Shown: positions 26,203 to 41,200, counted from the stretch's first letter. The stretch is 50,319 nt of DNA from Girardia tigrina (GCA_001938485.1 MQRK01247877.1:95517-145835), one strand, 5' to 3'. Notes: generated by a model not told the origin, from the sequence alone. Numbers and translations: made by a program.

Positions 26203-29200
26203 ACAAGTGTTAAAGCAACAATTTTTCAGCGATTGTCATTCAATAAATATAACAAAAAATATATCATCTTTAGGCAAGGAGATGGATATGTAAATAAATA
26301 TGACGATAGATGATTTAAATTCTGAAATACATAACATATAAATTCCAGTAGAAAATATAGAAAATGATTTTGAAAATTACAGACTAAAAAAGGTCCTTTT
26401 TGTTTTTAACCTTAGCTAAATGGGAGTAGATAATCCTGCTCTAATTTTATTTTTATAAAATCTGTTATTTATAATGTCAATTAAATTAAAATAAATTTAT
26501 TATCTATTTACATATTTAACAGGCTACAGTGAAGAAGCTTATAGATCATCTATTCGAGAATCATAGTATTGTGGATAACACTTTTACAGAAGACTTTTTT
26601 CTCACTTATAACATATATCTGGACTCTACTGTTTTGGTTCGCAATGTTATCATAGAACAAATACGGGAATATCCAGAGAAAAGAAAAAAGTGCACAGATA
26701 TCGTTGTAAAATGGATTAAAAACCACTTTCAAGAAATTGAAAACCAGTGTGAAATAATGAAATTTATCGATTTAATTGTTATGCTTCTGCTTCGAGAAAA
26801 CGAGGAAGGTAATCTTTTTACATGTTTTTTATTTTTCTGAAACTTATCATTATATTTCTTCTATCATATATTATACAAAATAATCACTTATCGACATTTA
26901 AACTGTTATAACGATTTTAATAAAAGCAGTCGTCTAACTCAAATATTTACTATTAAAATTCCAAATATTTTAGTCTTCAAATGACTTCTTAAAATCTCTT
27001 TGATGATGTGGCACTGACTTTGTTTTTGATTATATATTTACCCAATCACTTAACTATTTGTCTGAAATGTCATTGTTAGTGTTGATCAGCGGCTTTTAGC
27101 AAAATTCACTCGTCAAAGTGTAGCATGAGTATAGTAATCTTATACAATCTTATATGATTGTGTTTTGGATAACATAATCCAAATAATTACAGTTGGGGAC
27201 GACTATTTTACTTGAATCTAAAAGTATATATTTTTCTTATTTGATAACAAAATATCAATACGCAGACCTTGAGAAGAAATTTATACTGGATACGGATGCA
27301 AGTTTCGATACAATCGGAGCAGTGTTATCACAGAAGGACGCGTTTGGAAGAGAGAGAATGATTGCATATGGATTACATAAAATGAACAAACATTGGCTTG
27401 GATATTGTGTTAAGAGGAAAGAGCTGCTTACAATTTATTGTTTTACGCAAAATTTTACACATCTTCTACGATACAAGATTTTTACTGAGAACTGATCGCA
27501 AATCAAATAACACCACAATTCTAAACATTGATAAATTTTGTTAGTGGTCTGGATATGAGAATGGAATATCGAAAAAGCGGAAAACACTGTAATGCAGATG
27601 CAATGTCTAGAAATTCTTGTGAATTATGTTGTCAGTGTCAAACAATGCAAGAAGAAGCTAAGAAAGGGAAAAATTGAAAAAAAGAATATTGGCTTTAGAT
27701 GAAGAATCAAAGAGTTCATATGGTAGAAAGATAATGACGAAATAAATCATATTAGAAAAAATATTTTAATCGGAAGAACACATAAATGGATACTGAAAGA
27801 CGATATTGTGACAACAATGGATAGTAAATATTGAATTCTGTTAACCACAAGGACAGGTTCGTTTAAATTCGTTTAAGATGTGCACAAGATGATTTGCCAT
27901 GCTGCAGTAAAAAGTTTTATAACTATTAGATAGATGATTTCGATATGGTCAATATGAGAGAGATAATAAAGGATATTGTAAAATGTTTCATAAACTGTCA
28001 AAAGAAATACTGTAAAAAATCGAATTCAGGAAAGAAGTTACGAATTGAAGTTAGTAGAACTTAGAATTTTAATTAAGAATGTAGAATGGCTGAAGACATT
28101 TAAATCGATTGGGATGTAAGGAATGCTTTGTGTTTGAATGTTGTATGTTGATTAAAGATTATGTGCCTCCTACTCAGATGGATGATTAATATTTTAATTC
28201 TTATATTCTGAAACTAATTTTATTCAAATTTTAAATTTAATGCTTGAATTTACCTTTAATTAATGAAAATTGTAAATTTTAAATGATTTTATTTATTTTA
28301 TTTTTAAAATTTTAAATTAATAAAGTAAATTAATATTTATAAATAATTTAAAAACAATGTCATGTTTCTTGTAAAAGTAAAAAGTCGCCATTTTAGAAAC
28401 CAATTTTATTTTTATTGACAATTAATTTCGACAGTATAACCTTCATCTTTAGATCATCAAGAAAATAGGAATTTAAATGTGTGTAAGTAATTAGGTTATC
28501 TTAACCCACTGAATAAGGTTGTCGAGACACCCGTTTGTGCATTAATAATTTTAAATAATAATTATTCAATTTAATTTTAACCAATAAAATTTGCAATAAA
28601 TATTTTTTTATAAAATATGTAAGTTCAAGTTAGTTAAAATTTTTAGATAAAGATTATTAAATTTTTCCTCGATGAATATGAGTGAAAGCACTACTAAGGA
28701 TTATAACAAAGATGATCCAAATTGTAATTGTAATAAATGTTTTAATCAATACGTGAGTTCTCTTAACAACAATAATTATCAGAAGACAAATACTAAACAG
28801 TTGGTTTCAAAAATTCTAGTTTTAAATAAGTATGCTGAATACAATTAACGGTAGTCTGCAGAATTATCAATTTATTAAACATGCTTCTTATTGATGTTGT
28901 GAGCTAATCAGTTAAAAATTGTTTAGCAGTATCACTGTTAGTTCCTCTAATTTTCGGGCGACCACGGTGAGGCTTATCCAGAATCGATCATCTTTTTTAA
29001 AGTTTCCATGTCTTATCTTTTCTTAGAACTTTCGCGAGGTTCAAATATTTTATTTCTCACAAAGCCGTTTTCTTATTTCGGACATGGTATGACCTGACTG
29101 TTTACCATTGGAATACCATACAGATGCCAAAATATATAGCTATTGAAGAATCACGGATCTCAGTCATAATAAAAACTAAAACAAAATATTGCTAGTTGAG

Positions 29201-32200
29201 AATTTTTTTTGTTATAATTTAATGAATTCGAACATTCAAGTAAATTTGAAAATTTGAAAAGTAGTAACTTTTAGAACGCCCTGCAGATCTCACGAGCCAA
29301 CAATAATTGTGCCATCGTGAATTTCCTCAAATCTATTTTAAGTTGTTACTAGACACAATGTACACTTTACGGTCATTTGATTTTACAATATAATGCAGTG
29401 AAACACTGTTTCAGAAGTAGACTAATGATCACGGAAATTCGTCGATATGGCAAACATTTCAAGAATAATTGAATATTTTAAAATTTTATGACTTTACTTT
29501 TAAAGTATTTTTTTTACATTTTATGATTTCAGTGTCTTTGTTTTGTCGATCATAGAAAAAATTATGTATTAATAAATTTTTATTATGAGTTCATTCACAA
29601 TGATTCTTTTAATAAAATACATTTTTGGGGTTTTAGACTTTTGTTCAAATTATTTAGCATTAGTCAACGGTTGTGGTTACTATAATGCATTCAGAAGGTG
29701 ATTAAAGTTCATATAAAATCACAGATCATTCTAAATACTAAATATCAGCAGAAAATAAACTGCGTATTTCGAGCGTTACATCTTGTGTTTCACAAGAATT
29801 AAAAAAATGATTAATTGACGAATCAGACAAAAGGAGAAAGAAAACTATAAATCAAAATGGTTATATATATGAAATATGTTCTTAATAGTTTCAAGATATA
29901 GTGAACATGATAGAAAGTAAAGTATGAACGTGGTAACAATACGGTGTAAGGAGCTCACACGGCCAGGGCACTATGCTACTCCAGGTTTCATTGAATCTGA
30001 TTATTGGTCATCAAAAAATTCAGGTCTGAATATGATTATTGTTACTGACAGAAATACAAAAATCGTCACAACAAAATAATTGATGAACTGACATTACTCT
30101 GACTAGACGTATGGAATAACATTACACAAGCAACACTCAAAGCTTCAACAGAAGCTTAGATTCTACTATTAAGACGTTGTCATGCAGTATAAGAAAGTCA
30201 TTTTGAAGATATTTTAATTGATAGTTATATGTATATGTGATTAAATGCAAATTATTAAATTTGTTTAAATTTCTTGATTTCCCAGTGACCCTACGTCACT
30301 ATATTGTTGAAGAAAATGTTCTGGACATTCTTTAGTAGTTATTGTTGTGAACAATTTCGAACTAGGTGAAGAAAAATATTTTTGAATCGCTTTTCGCTTG
30401 CAATAATAATATTATTTTATGTCTTAAACATTTTTAAGAGGATTAAACTAGTAATTAATTGCACTTTGTTTTCATATACAAAAAAAGCTTTTTTTACAAT
30501 CCATAATTTAGAAAATTGAAATTTTCAATGTCTCCTGATAATGAATAACTTTTCTAATTTAGACAGCTGAATGAGAAGTAATTGTCATTATTCGATCGAA
30601 CTCACGAGCCATCGTTTTATTAACTCAAAATTGACAGAATATTTCATAAAATAATAAAGATTTTCTTATGCAAAAGACATCATGCGAACACAAATACATG
30701 GTATGATGAAAGTTTATCTAATTCTGAATAATTATTGTAGTGTTCATCATCAGTAAAAAAGCACATTTTTACAAAATCCATACGAAAATCAAATCTACAA
30801 AAAAAACTCAAACTATTATAAATACTCCTATCTTATATATAAAAAATCATATTAATTAAAGATCATTAAAAGACAAAAATCAACCGTTGCTTAACTAAAC
30901 TGGAATTTTTAAAATTAGGAAATAAATAAATAATTTTCGGAACTGTGTTTTTTTGCCTTAACCTTTTGTATATTGAATCTTCTTTTTTTCGGTTATAATC
31001 ACACGTCAATTTTTTCTGAACTGAGTGATGGTGAAATGAAAGAATAAACCACCTGATAATGTCCGATAAATCGATCGTTGTTTCGGCCTTATCAGCGGGT
31101 CGAGCGCCATCAACCCCGATCGACAGAAGTAGTTGCAACCTCTTTAAAGATCGAGCAAACAGTTGCGTACTCCCGCTAGAAGTCAGACTTATGATTACTC
31201 ATACTCGCGGCAGGTCCTTATTTTTAGATACAATTTAAACCCATCAATCCTGTTTAATTAAGGAGTTCAGTAGTTCAATATAATAAGAGCAGAAATCTAT
31301 GACATTTGTTAATTATTATACTATTTATTGCTCCAACAATTTTCGGTGTCCTATATAGTCTACTGTAGTTGTTGCTCTTGTTCAATCAATATGAATACAA
31401 ATATCTTAAAAAGAACTGTTATGAAACTTTTTTTTATTTTTAAGGAAAATTGACCCAGAAAAATTAAGTTAAGTCAATTATCAACATGTCCTACAAAGAA
31501 TAGATGTTGAAATTAAATTATGGGAGAAGATTATGGATATGGTAAACTCTGAGAAATTCGTATTGATAAATTTTGAGGATGCTATCTATTTGGAATATGC
31601 ATCAATTTAAATATAGCTGTAACTAGTTAAGCATTTAGTCATAAAGGATTTGGACTTAAGAATTGTTTTCGCTTCATTTATGTAATAGATTTTTTCTACT
31701 GTTGAGCAAAGAATGTTAAGGACATCAATCTAAGAGATATTTGTTTGTTTGGGCATTCGTGTATCTAAAAATATATTATGTTCTTATGAAAATAAATACA
31801 TTTTAAAATTTATATACAAAGATACTCATAAATTATAGTGAAATAAATATTGTTCTCATCAGTAACGATATTTATTTTGTTCACTGAAGAGTTAAAGCGG
31901 AACGATGCATAAATTAGTTCTATACAATTATAGTTACAGTGATGGACCTTCATCAAATGAATATTTTTATGAGAATTCTTTTAGACCATGAATAATTATT
32001 TATCATTTTGACTATTTGATTTTAATTAGAATAGAAATAATTAAATGTACAAAATATAATAAATACAAATTTAAAATAAGAAGTATAATATAAAAAATAA
32101 TTTATATATTTTTATATTTATAAATGAAATTCTTGTAGAGGTTTAGTACGAGGCTCATGATGAGTTTATAATTATTTAAATTGTTAACAAGCTCTATGTT

Positions 32201-35200
32201 AAAAACTTAATTGTCTTCAGCATCAATTTCAAGTTTAAAAAGATCCCCCTTAAAATGTTTAAAAGTATGTAAATGTTTTAAACTGTTTTACTGCAAATTT
32301 TATTGAAGAAGGATTGTAATTATTAATTGACTATTCCATTTGAATTTTGTTTGTTTTATTGTACAAATTCATTTTATAATCATCTTATTTGTTTAACATA
32401 AATCAAAAGAAATTTCAATGTCAGATACATTGCCGTTGCAACAGATTTCGAAAGTTTTCAAACAATTTACAGTAATTGAAGAACATCCTCCAAATTTAAG
32501 GATTTAAACCTTGAAATCTTAAATATTTTAGAAGAACAAACTTTCATTTATTTTTTTTACAATGAACATTGGAAAAATATTTTTATTAATCATTAGAATA
32601 TACTTAATATTTCGTACTCAGCAATAACATATTCAGGTAGTTCGTCGATTTAAAGAGTATAAAACATTTCACATACCGATAAATAGTCTGTCTTAAATTA
32701 TAGAAAAATATTTACATTCTGATTGGTTGCAAATACATAAAAATTGTATATTGTAAGAAGGCCTAAAAATATTATTAGGAAATCTCTGAGCATTCTTTCT
32801 AATTTTAGTTTCAATAAAAGAAAAAATAAATAAACGAACAAATAAATCTATTTCTACAAACAATTAAACTTACAAAAAGTCAAAATATCACAAGAATGAG
32901 AAATGTTTTGGTCGATCAGAGAATTAACATAATCAAATTGTTTTTACATTAGTCTTTAGGGACAGGAAGAACTATTAAGAAAATTTCAGGAATTTGGTTT
33001 AACTTTTAGGATTTTATGATTCGATAATTCTCGTGGATTTATTTCTTCTTTTTAATTTCAAATCTGATAGTCTTCAATATTGAGTTTCTTTTTAATTCGT
33101 CATCACTCAGTTTTCTTTCTTTAGGTTCTTCGAGAATTAATTAGAATTGGGTGGTTTCTGGAAATTTCTGGTTATTAAGTTTTTTCAAAACTTTTTTTTG
33201 TTCTTCGTATGTACGAACCCATCAAAGATATTTTGTTAAGAATGAAACCTGTATATTCAGTTCAAGAATGGAAATGTCGAAAAGCCAGTTTCATGGATCA
33301 TCAATAATCCTAAAAGTTTCATCACATGTTTCATTCCAGTTTGTTAGAAATCCGATTTACACCTTTACGTAGTTATAACTACATTAAAAGATAAAGAAGA
33401 AGCATTTAACAGGAATAAATATATTTGTAGTCTGACAATGCAGCAGTGTAGTATGATATGTCAATATTCGAATCACCAAAATATTTTAAATTATTTTCCG
33501 AATACTCAATCTATTGTTTTGGCGAAATTCTTAACTATTTCTAAGACCTTCCATACATTAGTCTTATGGATTCAAGTATGTTAAATTGAAATTCTAAATG
33601 TTTCAAGCAACAAAATCATGGCAGTGGTACAAATTAATGATTCTTCTATAATATGAAGTTTGTTTATGTCTTTTTTATTTGTCCTCAATAAATTTGGAAC
33701 CTATTGTATGTTAGACTTTATCGAATTCTTTATACAAAGAAGAATGCACTGGAGTTTATTCGGTATTTCTTTTCGTTTTTTTGTTTTCTAATTGTTTAAA
33801 CAAAAATTAAATTAAAAGATTAAAATTTAAAATTATTGTAATGTTAAGCGTATAAATTTATCAAAATAGTGTATGGGAAGAATATTGAAATTTTTTATGT
33901 TGAATTTGGTATTTGGAAATATGTTTCTTCCACCGAGATGAAATATTTGTACTTTAGATGTTTGTAGTAAGTACTTTTTCGAGCATGATTTACATTTTAA
34001 ATTGCAACATAAGATTTAGAAAATTTAAATTATTAAACTGAAATTATTAATTTTGTTTTTTTAAAGCTTTGTTCGAATACTTATTTATAAACCAATTATT
34101 CTATAATTTTATAAATTTAGTTCAAATTATGATAATAATAAAAATTTTGAAAATCATATTAGTGTTCTTAATTGTGTTTTTTCTTAGCAAAGTAGTTATG
34201 TTCCAAATCGCAATTATATAATTTTTTTATATATATTTATTTATTCAGTTTTTTATATTAATTATATATGTATATATGTATTTTTATGTATGTTAAATAC
34301 ATACATATATTTAACTTTGAAGTAAACGAATAATGTCATCACGATAAATTCTTTTATTTTAAAAAATTTTTCCTGTAAAATAATTAATAAGTGTTGGTAA
34401 AAATTATTAAATCATGTTTTAATTTAAATAACTATTGTTAAATTTTTATTAAGATTGTGCTGGAAAAATTTATCACACATGTTCCAAGTATTCAACACCG
34501 AGGAGTGTTACAATTATCTCTAGCGATAAAGACAGTGGGTCCAAGCCAATTATTACAGGAAATGGGTCTCGAATTTCTCAAAAAGATAAAGTTCCAATCA
34601 CCATTGACCAATATCCCGTTGAATTCAGTCGATGCACACTTTTTAAAGAGGGTCATAAGTTAAATAATCTTTACATCAGTCAGATAAAAAACTGTTTGGA
34701 TCTCCGACCTGGTGATCGTATTATTCAGATTAATAATACTTGTGAAGAAAATCTTACCCAAAAAACCTCAAATTCAATGATAGCAAAATCACAATTAACG
34801 ATTCTCAATGTAAAATATGATCCTGAAGGTTTGAATTAAATTTTTCTTCTTTAATTACCTTTAACTGTTAAACAGATTAGATAAAATTTGGTTTAATAAA
34901 GTACCTAATATTGTTTGAAAAACTAGAATTTATGTTGGATAAGAATGTCAAAACAATTACGATTCGTATAAATAATGAAGAAACTTTATATATATACAGT
35001 GGGTGCCGCTTTATGTGATCACATTGGGTCGCCTCCATTTGATTACATAAATCGGCCGATAATATTAAGCGGAAAAACGGCAAAATATTGTTTTGAACAT
35101 TGAACAACTAAGTGACACTGATGAATTCCATTTATAGAGCTGTATTAAAGTGTAGTATAGTCCACATGTACATATTACAGTACTGTATTAAAGTTGAGGA

Positions 35201-38200
35201 ACAGTAAAAAATTCATCCAGTGTTGTTTGAGTGAGTGAAGTTTGTAATAGTCGCCCAATTGACTCTTCTAATTTATAAAATATTGAATAGTCATTCACGG
35301 AGCCACCACGTAGCTCGAGCGTTCTCAAAATTTGTAATGCGTTATTCACTTCTTTTGATGAAGGTAGACGTAATGGCATGTCTTCTGTGCCTTTATCAAA
35401 ATCACTGTCCTCTTCATAAAATACCCTTTGTTTATGGTTTTGAATTTCTTTGGCAATATCAGCATCAGTGACCGTCAGCATTTTCACCGTCATCAATTAG
35501 TGAAATAATTCTGCGTCGTAGGCAACTCCTATAGTGAGCTTTCGTAGAATGAATAATACCATGGTCTAAAGGCTACATTATCGATGTTGTATTGGAGGGT
35601 AAGAATTGTAGTTGAATATTAGTGAGATGGACGCCTTCTGGATGTGCTGTACAGTTATTCAGTAAAAGCAAAATTTTTCGCTTTTTCGGCGATTTTCTAC
35701 ATCCCACTCTTGAAACATTTATGTACAGATGACACTGGTCATCCAAGCATTTTATTGCTTTTGTAGCCAACAGGTAAATTCTTCACTTCTCTGAGGCAAC
35801 GAGGATTTGCGCTTTTTCCGATTACTAGAGGGCATCTTTTCTCTGATCCATCCATGTTACATATGAAAAGGACAGTAAGACGATCTTTAGACTTTTTACC
35901 TCCAGCAACGTTATCTTTGTGGAATGTCAAGGTGCTGTCTGGCATAGCACGATAATATAAACCACTCTCATCAGTGTTAAAAATATCTGCAGGAGAATAT
36001 TCCGTCAGCAGAGGAGGCAACACTTCGGACAACCAGCTATACGCACGGGGCATATCAACATCTTGTTTTTCACCATGTAATTTCTTATAGACAATATTGT
36101 TACGCACCTTCCATCTTGTCAACCAACCATCTGTTGAGTTGAAATCAATAACACCAAGGGACTCGGCCAAAGAACGAACTTTGTCACACAGAATATCACG
36201 AGTAATTGGTGCATTTTTATCTCTTGCTCGTGTAAACCAAATTAACAGTGCTTCTTCAACATCAGATGCTTTACCTTCTCTCTTCCGTTTTCGACTGACA
36301 TTTTGGTGGCCATAATTCATTTCTTTTAATTCATCCCGAGACTTCAATAACTTGCAAAGAAGAGGCTGAGAGATTCCTAACTTGGCTCCTGCTTCTCTTT
36401 GACTGACAGAACCACAAGAATCATACTGTTCCAGAAGTTCCAATTTTTCAGTTACAGAAAGATTTTTCTTTTACGAATAGAAACGGCGCTTTGAGTTGAA
36501 TTTTTTTTCAAATTCATCGGAACTGGTTCATTAAATTGATTCATAGTTAGAATTAGTTAACTTACCAAAATCAGCCGTTTTTTTAGAACTAAAACCAGGC
36601 AAAAAACTAGAATTTTCACAAATAGATTTATAATTAAATTTAGACATTTGTAAATTTTGTATTTGAAAGGTTGAATTAAAATAATTGTGAATATTTAAAC
36701 ATGAATTACACGAATTTTATTAAATTATTACATTAATTTATTACATTATGTATTAAAATACTCAGTATGATTAATTTGAGTTAATTCAGCACAGTAGACA
36801 AAAATAGACAAAAACTCCGTGATCATATTAGATGGCGGCTCGATCAGATTAAGCGGCGTAAAATGCACAGAAATTGGTGATTAGGTTTTGGTTTTTTTAA
36901 GATTGATCACATTAAACGGCTGATAACAATAACCAGTAATAATATAAAGCTGCGCCCACTATATATATATATATATATATAGTGACACTCAAAAGTGATG
37001 GAACACGCTATATTTTTTGTTTAAACGTTAATATCGAAAACATACTTTTTTCAAGCCCAAAGTTTCTATAACCTATTTGAACAACAACTCATACCAAATA
37101 CATAATAAATACAGCTGCATATAGTTAGGTTGTATAATATTGTAGTTGTATAATTTATTTACATGAACTCCCCATATCTTTATGTATCTGTTAATAAATA
37201 TATATACTTTTTTTTACATTAAGAGGCTTAAATAAACGCAATCCCTTATAAATAATTCTTTCAAATACCACAGGTATAAAATTTATAGTCTTATTTCCGA
37301 ATTGAATAAATTTAGGATGAAAATTTTCGAACATTATACTATCAAATAGGTATTCAGGAGACTATATTTAAAAACATTCTAACAACATATTGATTTAGAA
37401 TAAATGTAAATAATGTAACAGTCGTACTGATGAGCCTATAAAAATTAAAATAAAGTTAAAATATCTAAAGCAATTCTGAGAAAACAATGTATAGAGCTCG
37501 AATTAAAAGAAGAGATTACATATTTTATAAATGTGTAATCTCTTCTTTTAATTCGAGCTCTATACATTGTTTTCTCAGAATTGCTTTAGATAATTTAACT
37601 TTATTTTAATTTTTATAGGCTCATCAGTACGACTCATACATTTAGATGATAAAATTCTTAAACATTAATTAAATTTAGAAACAAAAATTATTCTAGATTT
37701 AATGGTTACTCAATTTGACAAATATCAAGGTTACCGTGATCCTTCGCTATTTAATATTCGATTAAATAATAAAAATGAATCATGAATCTTATAAAATCTA
37801 CGATGAAAATGTAATAATAAAAAGAATCGATAGTCTATTATGGATATTAAAATTAAAAAAACTATATTGTTAGTTTCGTTTATGTCATTTTCATTATCAG
37901 TAATGTTACAATTCATATTCAACACAAAATGTATTACAAAAACAAACAGATTTTCAAAGAATTTCTTGTTAAATTAATTTTTAATTTCGCCAAATCTTTA
38001 ATAATTTCGTTTAATTGATTATGCTAGTTTTTATCCAAATTTTAATTTTATTAATTTAATTTATTTTATTCTGTAACATTTTTTAAAAATTTTTATTTAA
38101 TCCAACTTTTTATTATTAAAATTTATCTACCTAATATATTCTAATTAAAAATAAAATTATTAAATTTAATTTACACTAAACTATAATTTTTTTTCAAATT

Positions 38201-41200
38201 ATTTTGTAAAACTATTTAACCTAATAATATAATATCAATGAATCGAACTAAGTTGAACTGTGGTGATGTCAATTATAAAAAACACATGTGTGGATAGCAA
38301 GAATGAGTATGCATCTCTACTGTTCAGGATAAAAATTGGATTTATTTTTTATCCAGTTTTAACAAACGTGGAGAACAAGATCTGAATTTCGTACGAGAAT
38401 AAGCAATCCGGAGCTATCGAACAATGTCTTACACCTTGAAAGAACATATTATCTCTGATTTTCAACTGGAACAAGCAATTTAGCTTGTTAGTGACATCAG
38501 CAGACTAGATAGTAAATGATGATTAGTTCATCAATTTTCTTCATAAAACTATTGAAAGGTAGCACAAACTTTGATCAAACCAAACAAGATTGAAATACAT
38601 TATTCGTCGATTTTACTACTATTCGACATGCAAAACTAAGGAATTACTTGAAAAACGAGAATTGGGGACACTATTTTAAGTACCATTTTATCAGATTTGA
38701 TCTTATATTATTTGAGTCTATTTTGGTTAATAAACTAGTAAATCAACAAATTAAATTTTTTATATCCATTATGCAGAACTCTACTTTGCCAACAAAGTTT
38801 TAATTAAAAAAATGATTTAAAAAAAATTAAAAATTAATATAAACTACTTATAATTTTTAAGTAGATCTTTTTTAATTGATATTTTTCCATTTTTCCCCAT
38901 TTTTGGACCTTAAAAGGTTTTTTGATCAAGTATTCACATCATCATTTATTGTCATTGAGAACGAGTAAGTGTTCCAAGTTTGAAGAAAATTGATTGGGTA
39001 AAAGGCCTTCAAAAATAGGTTTCTAAATTTATATAGAAAGTAAGCTAATAAAAAGAATGGAAAAAAGAACTGCACAGAAATTCTTTAAACGATGAAAAAA
39101 GCTGAAAAGTTCGCACGTTAGTTGCATTACTTATCTTCTAAAAGACTTTCTACCACCCAATCCTAAACCCTTAAAAAATTTTTATTCTACCAAATATACC
39201 TCATCTGTGTCCACCACTGTATGTCTACAAGTGAAGTCATGCTGCGTGAATAGAAGTCAGAGTTTAGAAAATCGAAAACCGATCCAATTCTATTTTTCTA
39301 TCATCACCACTTGTAAAATGTTGGTTGGTTAGGAAATTCGAAAATGATCGAAAAATATGGTAATCTTTTGAAGAGATGTCGGGGCTATATGGTGGCTGTG
39401 GCAGAATCTCACAGTCAATTTTCTTCAACTTGTCGCTGGTTTTGTCTGTAATATATATTCATAAGTTTTTGTGGAACAGTAGAATGCCTTTTCTATTTAC
39501 CTATAAAGTTTGGGCTTCCCTTAGTTTTGTTTCAACTATAGCAATCTAAGTACAATATACGTCAGCAGGAATTGTTTGACCTCGAAGAAAATAATCCACG
39601 TGAAGATAATAAACGTAAAGTTCACCAAACTGTAGCAATAATCTTTCTCTGATATAGTAGTAATCTTTCTCTCTTCGAAATAGTTTTTTGATATGTCCTA
39701 AACTTAATCAAGTACCTTAAAATTTTTGGATTGTCTTGTTCACCCACTTGTCGAAACATGTTACGATTCAATCTATAAAAGGATACTCGGGTAAGTAAAC
39801 AATTACGTATGGGAAATTGAGAAATTTTGTTGTTGTCACTCAATATTTGTGGTGGTCATTTGCCAAGCTTTAGCGTAAAACAATAACATGGTCGATTCAT
39901 CATTTTTTAATATTTTCCACTTTTCTTCCCATGTTGCATATTAATTTTCATTGAAATACTTACAATTGTCTTCTTTTTCATATTCCAATGAACTCTCTGA
40001 GCATGATTTGTCTTCAACATTTCCATTGACAGATTTAAATCTACGGAATTAAAACCATGTAACTTGATCTGTTACATTATCTTCGCTAAAAGCATTTCTT
40101 AATATGATTGCAGCTTAGAAGTTTTAAAACCATTTTTAAATTGATAAAGCAAAAAAGTAAGAGTTTGAAAACTTGAATACAATATTTGAAGTAAAATAAT
40201 CAATAATCAAATGATTTCGAAAACTTTATAAAGTTTACTTCAAATTAATGGGATTCATCTTTAATGGCGTTTAAAACGTTAATAATTAATATGAGAGGTT
40301 AATTTAAATTTGCATCTCGCCAAAATAATTTATTATTTTTTTAATTTAAAAGTTAAAATATTTTAATGTTAATATGCTTATTAAATATTTTAAAATTAAA
40401 ATGATATCATAAAGCAACTATTAAAAAATCAAATACGTATTTAAAAATTAAATATGTTTTTAATGTGTTTTTTAAATATTTTAAAAATTAAAAAATGATA
40501 TAATAAAAGAAAATCATTAAAAAATTAAATACCTATTTAAAAATAAAAAATATGTTTTTTAATGTATCTATTAAAAAATTTAATGTATCTATCTTAAAAT
40601 GAAAAATGATAAGAAAACCATTAAATATTAAATATTTATTTATAAATAAAAATATTTTTACAGTCGTAACAATTTATATATTTTAATAGAAGTTATGAAA
40701 CAATTTTAAATAAATTTTAAAATAAATTTTCAGTTTTAATGTAAAAATTATTTAATAAATTTAAAGTTTAAAATTTGGAAGATTTTAAAAATTGAATCGA
40801 AAAGAATTTAATAGATTAATTTGTGGCTAGATAATTGAATTAACAGAAAAATTTGTTTAAATATGTGAATTGTTGTGATAATAATAAATTGTGGTGTTAA
40901 ATTATGAGTTCTGAATTTGAAAATAATGAAAGTGGCATAAACGCTACTTACTAATTTTTAATTAATTTTTCCGGTTCCTAATACAAAAATATTCCTTACA
41001 AACATAACTAAATAATCATCATAACCTTACATACAATGTAATATTTATTTATTATTATTATTTAATATATATTATTTTTTTAAAGGATTTTATAGTCCTT
41101 TTCTTGTAAATTATTTGAAAACGAAAGTCAAACCCAGATCCACAAGCACATATAGTGCTGTCATTGATATCCCAGACTGTTTTATCGATCCCGGTTATTC

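Noticed and set aside
31445-31541. Possible exon with IMGEDYGYG resembling the PDZ GFG segment
   Set aside because: All three frames contain stops, and exon 26523-26808 already joins 34454 in phase
32440-32490. DVLQL..LFENFRNL resembling Maverick/Polinton DNA polymerase B
   Set aside because: Needs a frameshift, no other polB motifs nearby, and another frame is open longer
34457-34663. ORF-track protein MLEKFITHVPS...
   Set aside because: Wrong frame; the overlapping frame encodes the PDZ domain
37427-37445. CTGATGAG in the palindrome arm as a hammerhead core
   Set aside because: No stem II followed by GAAA downstream
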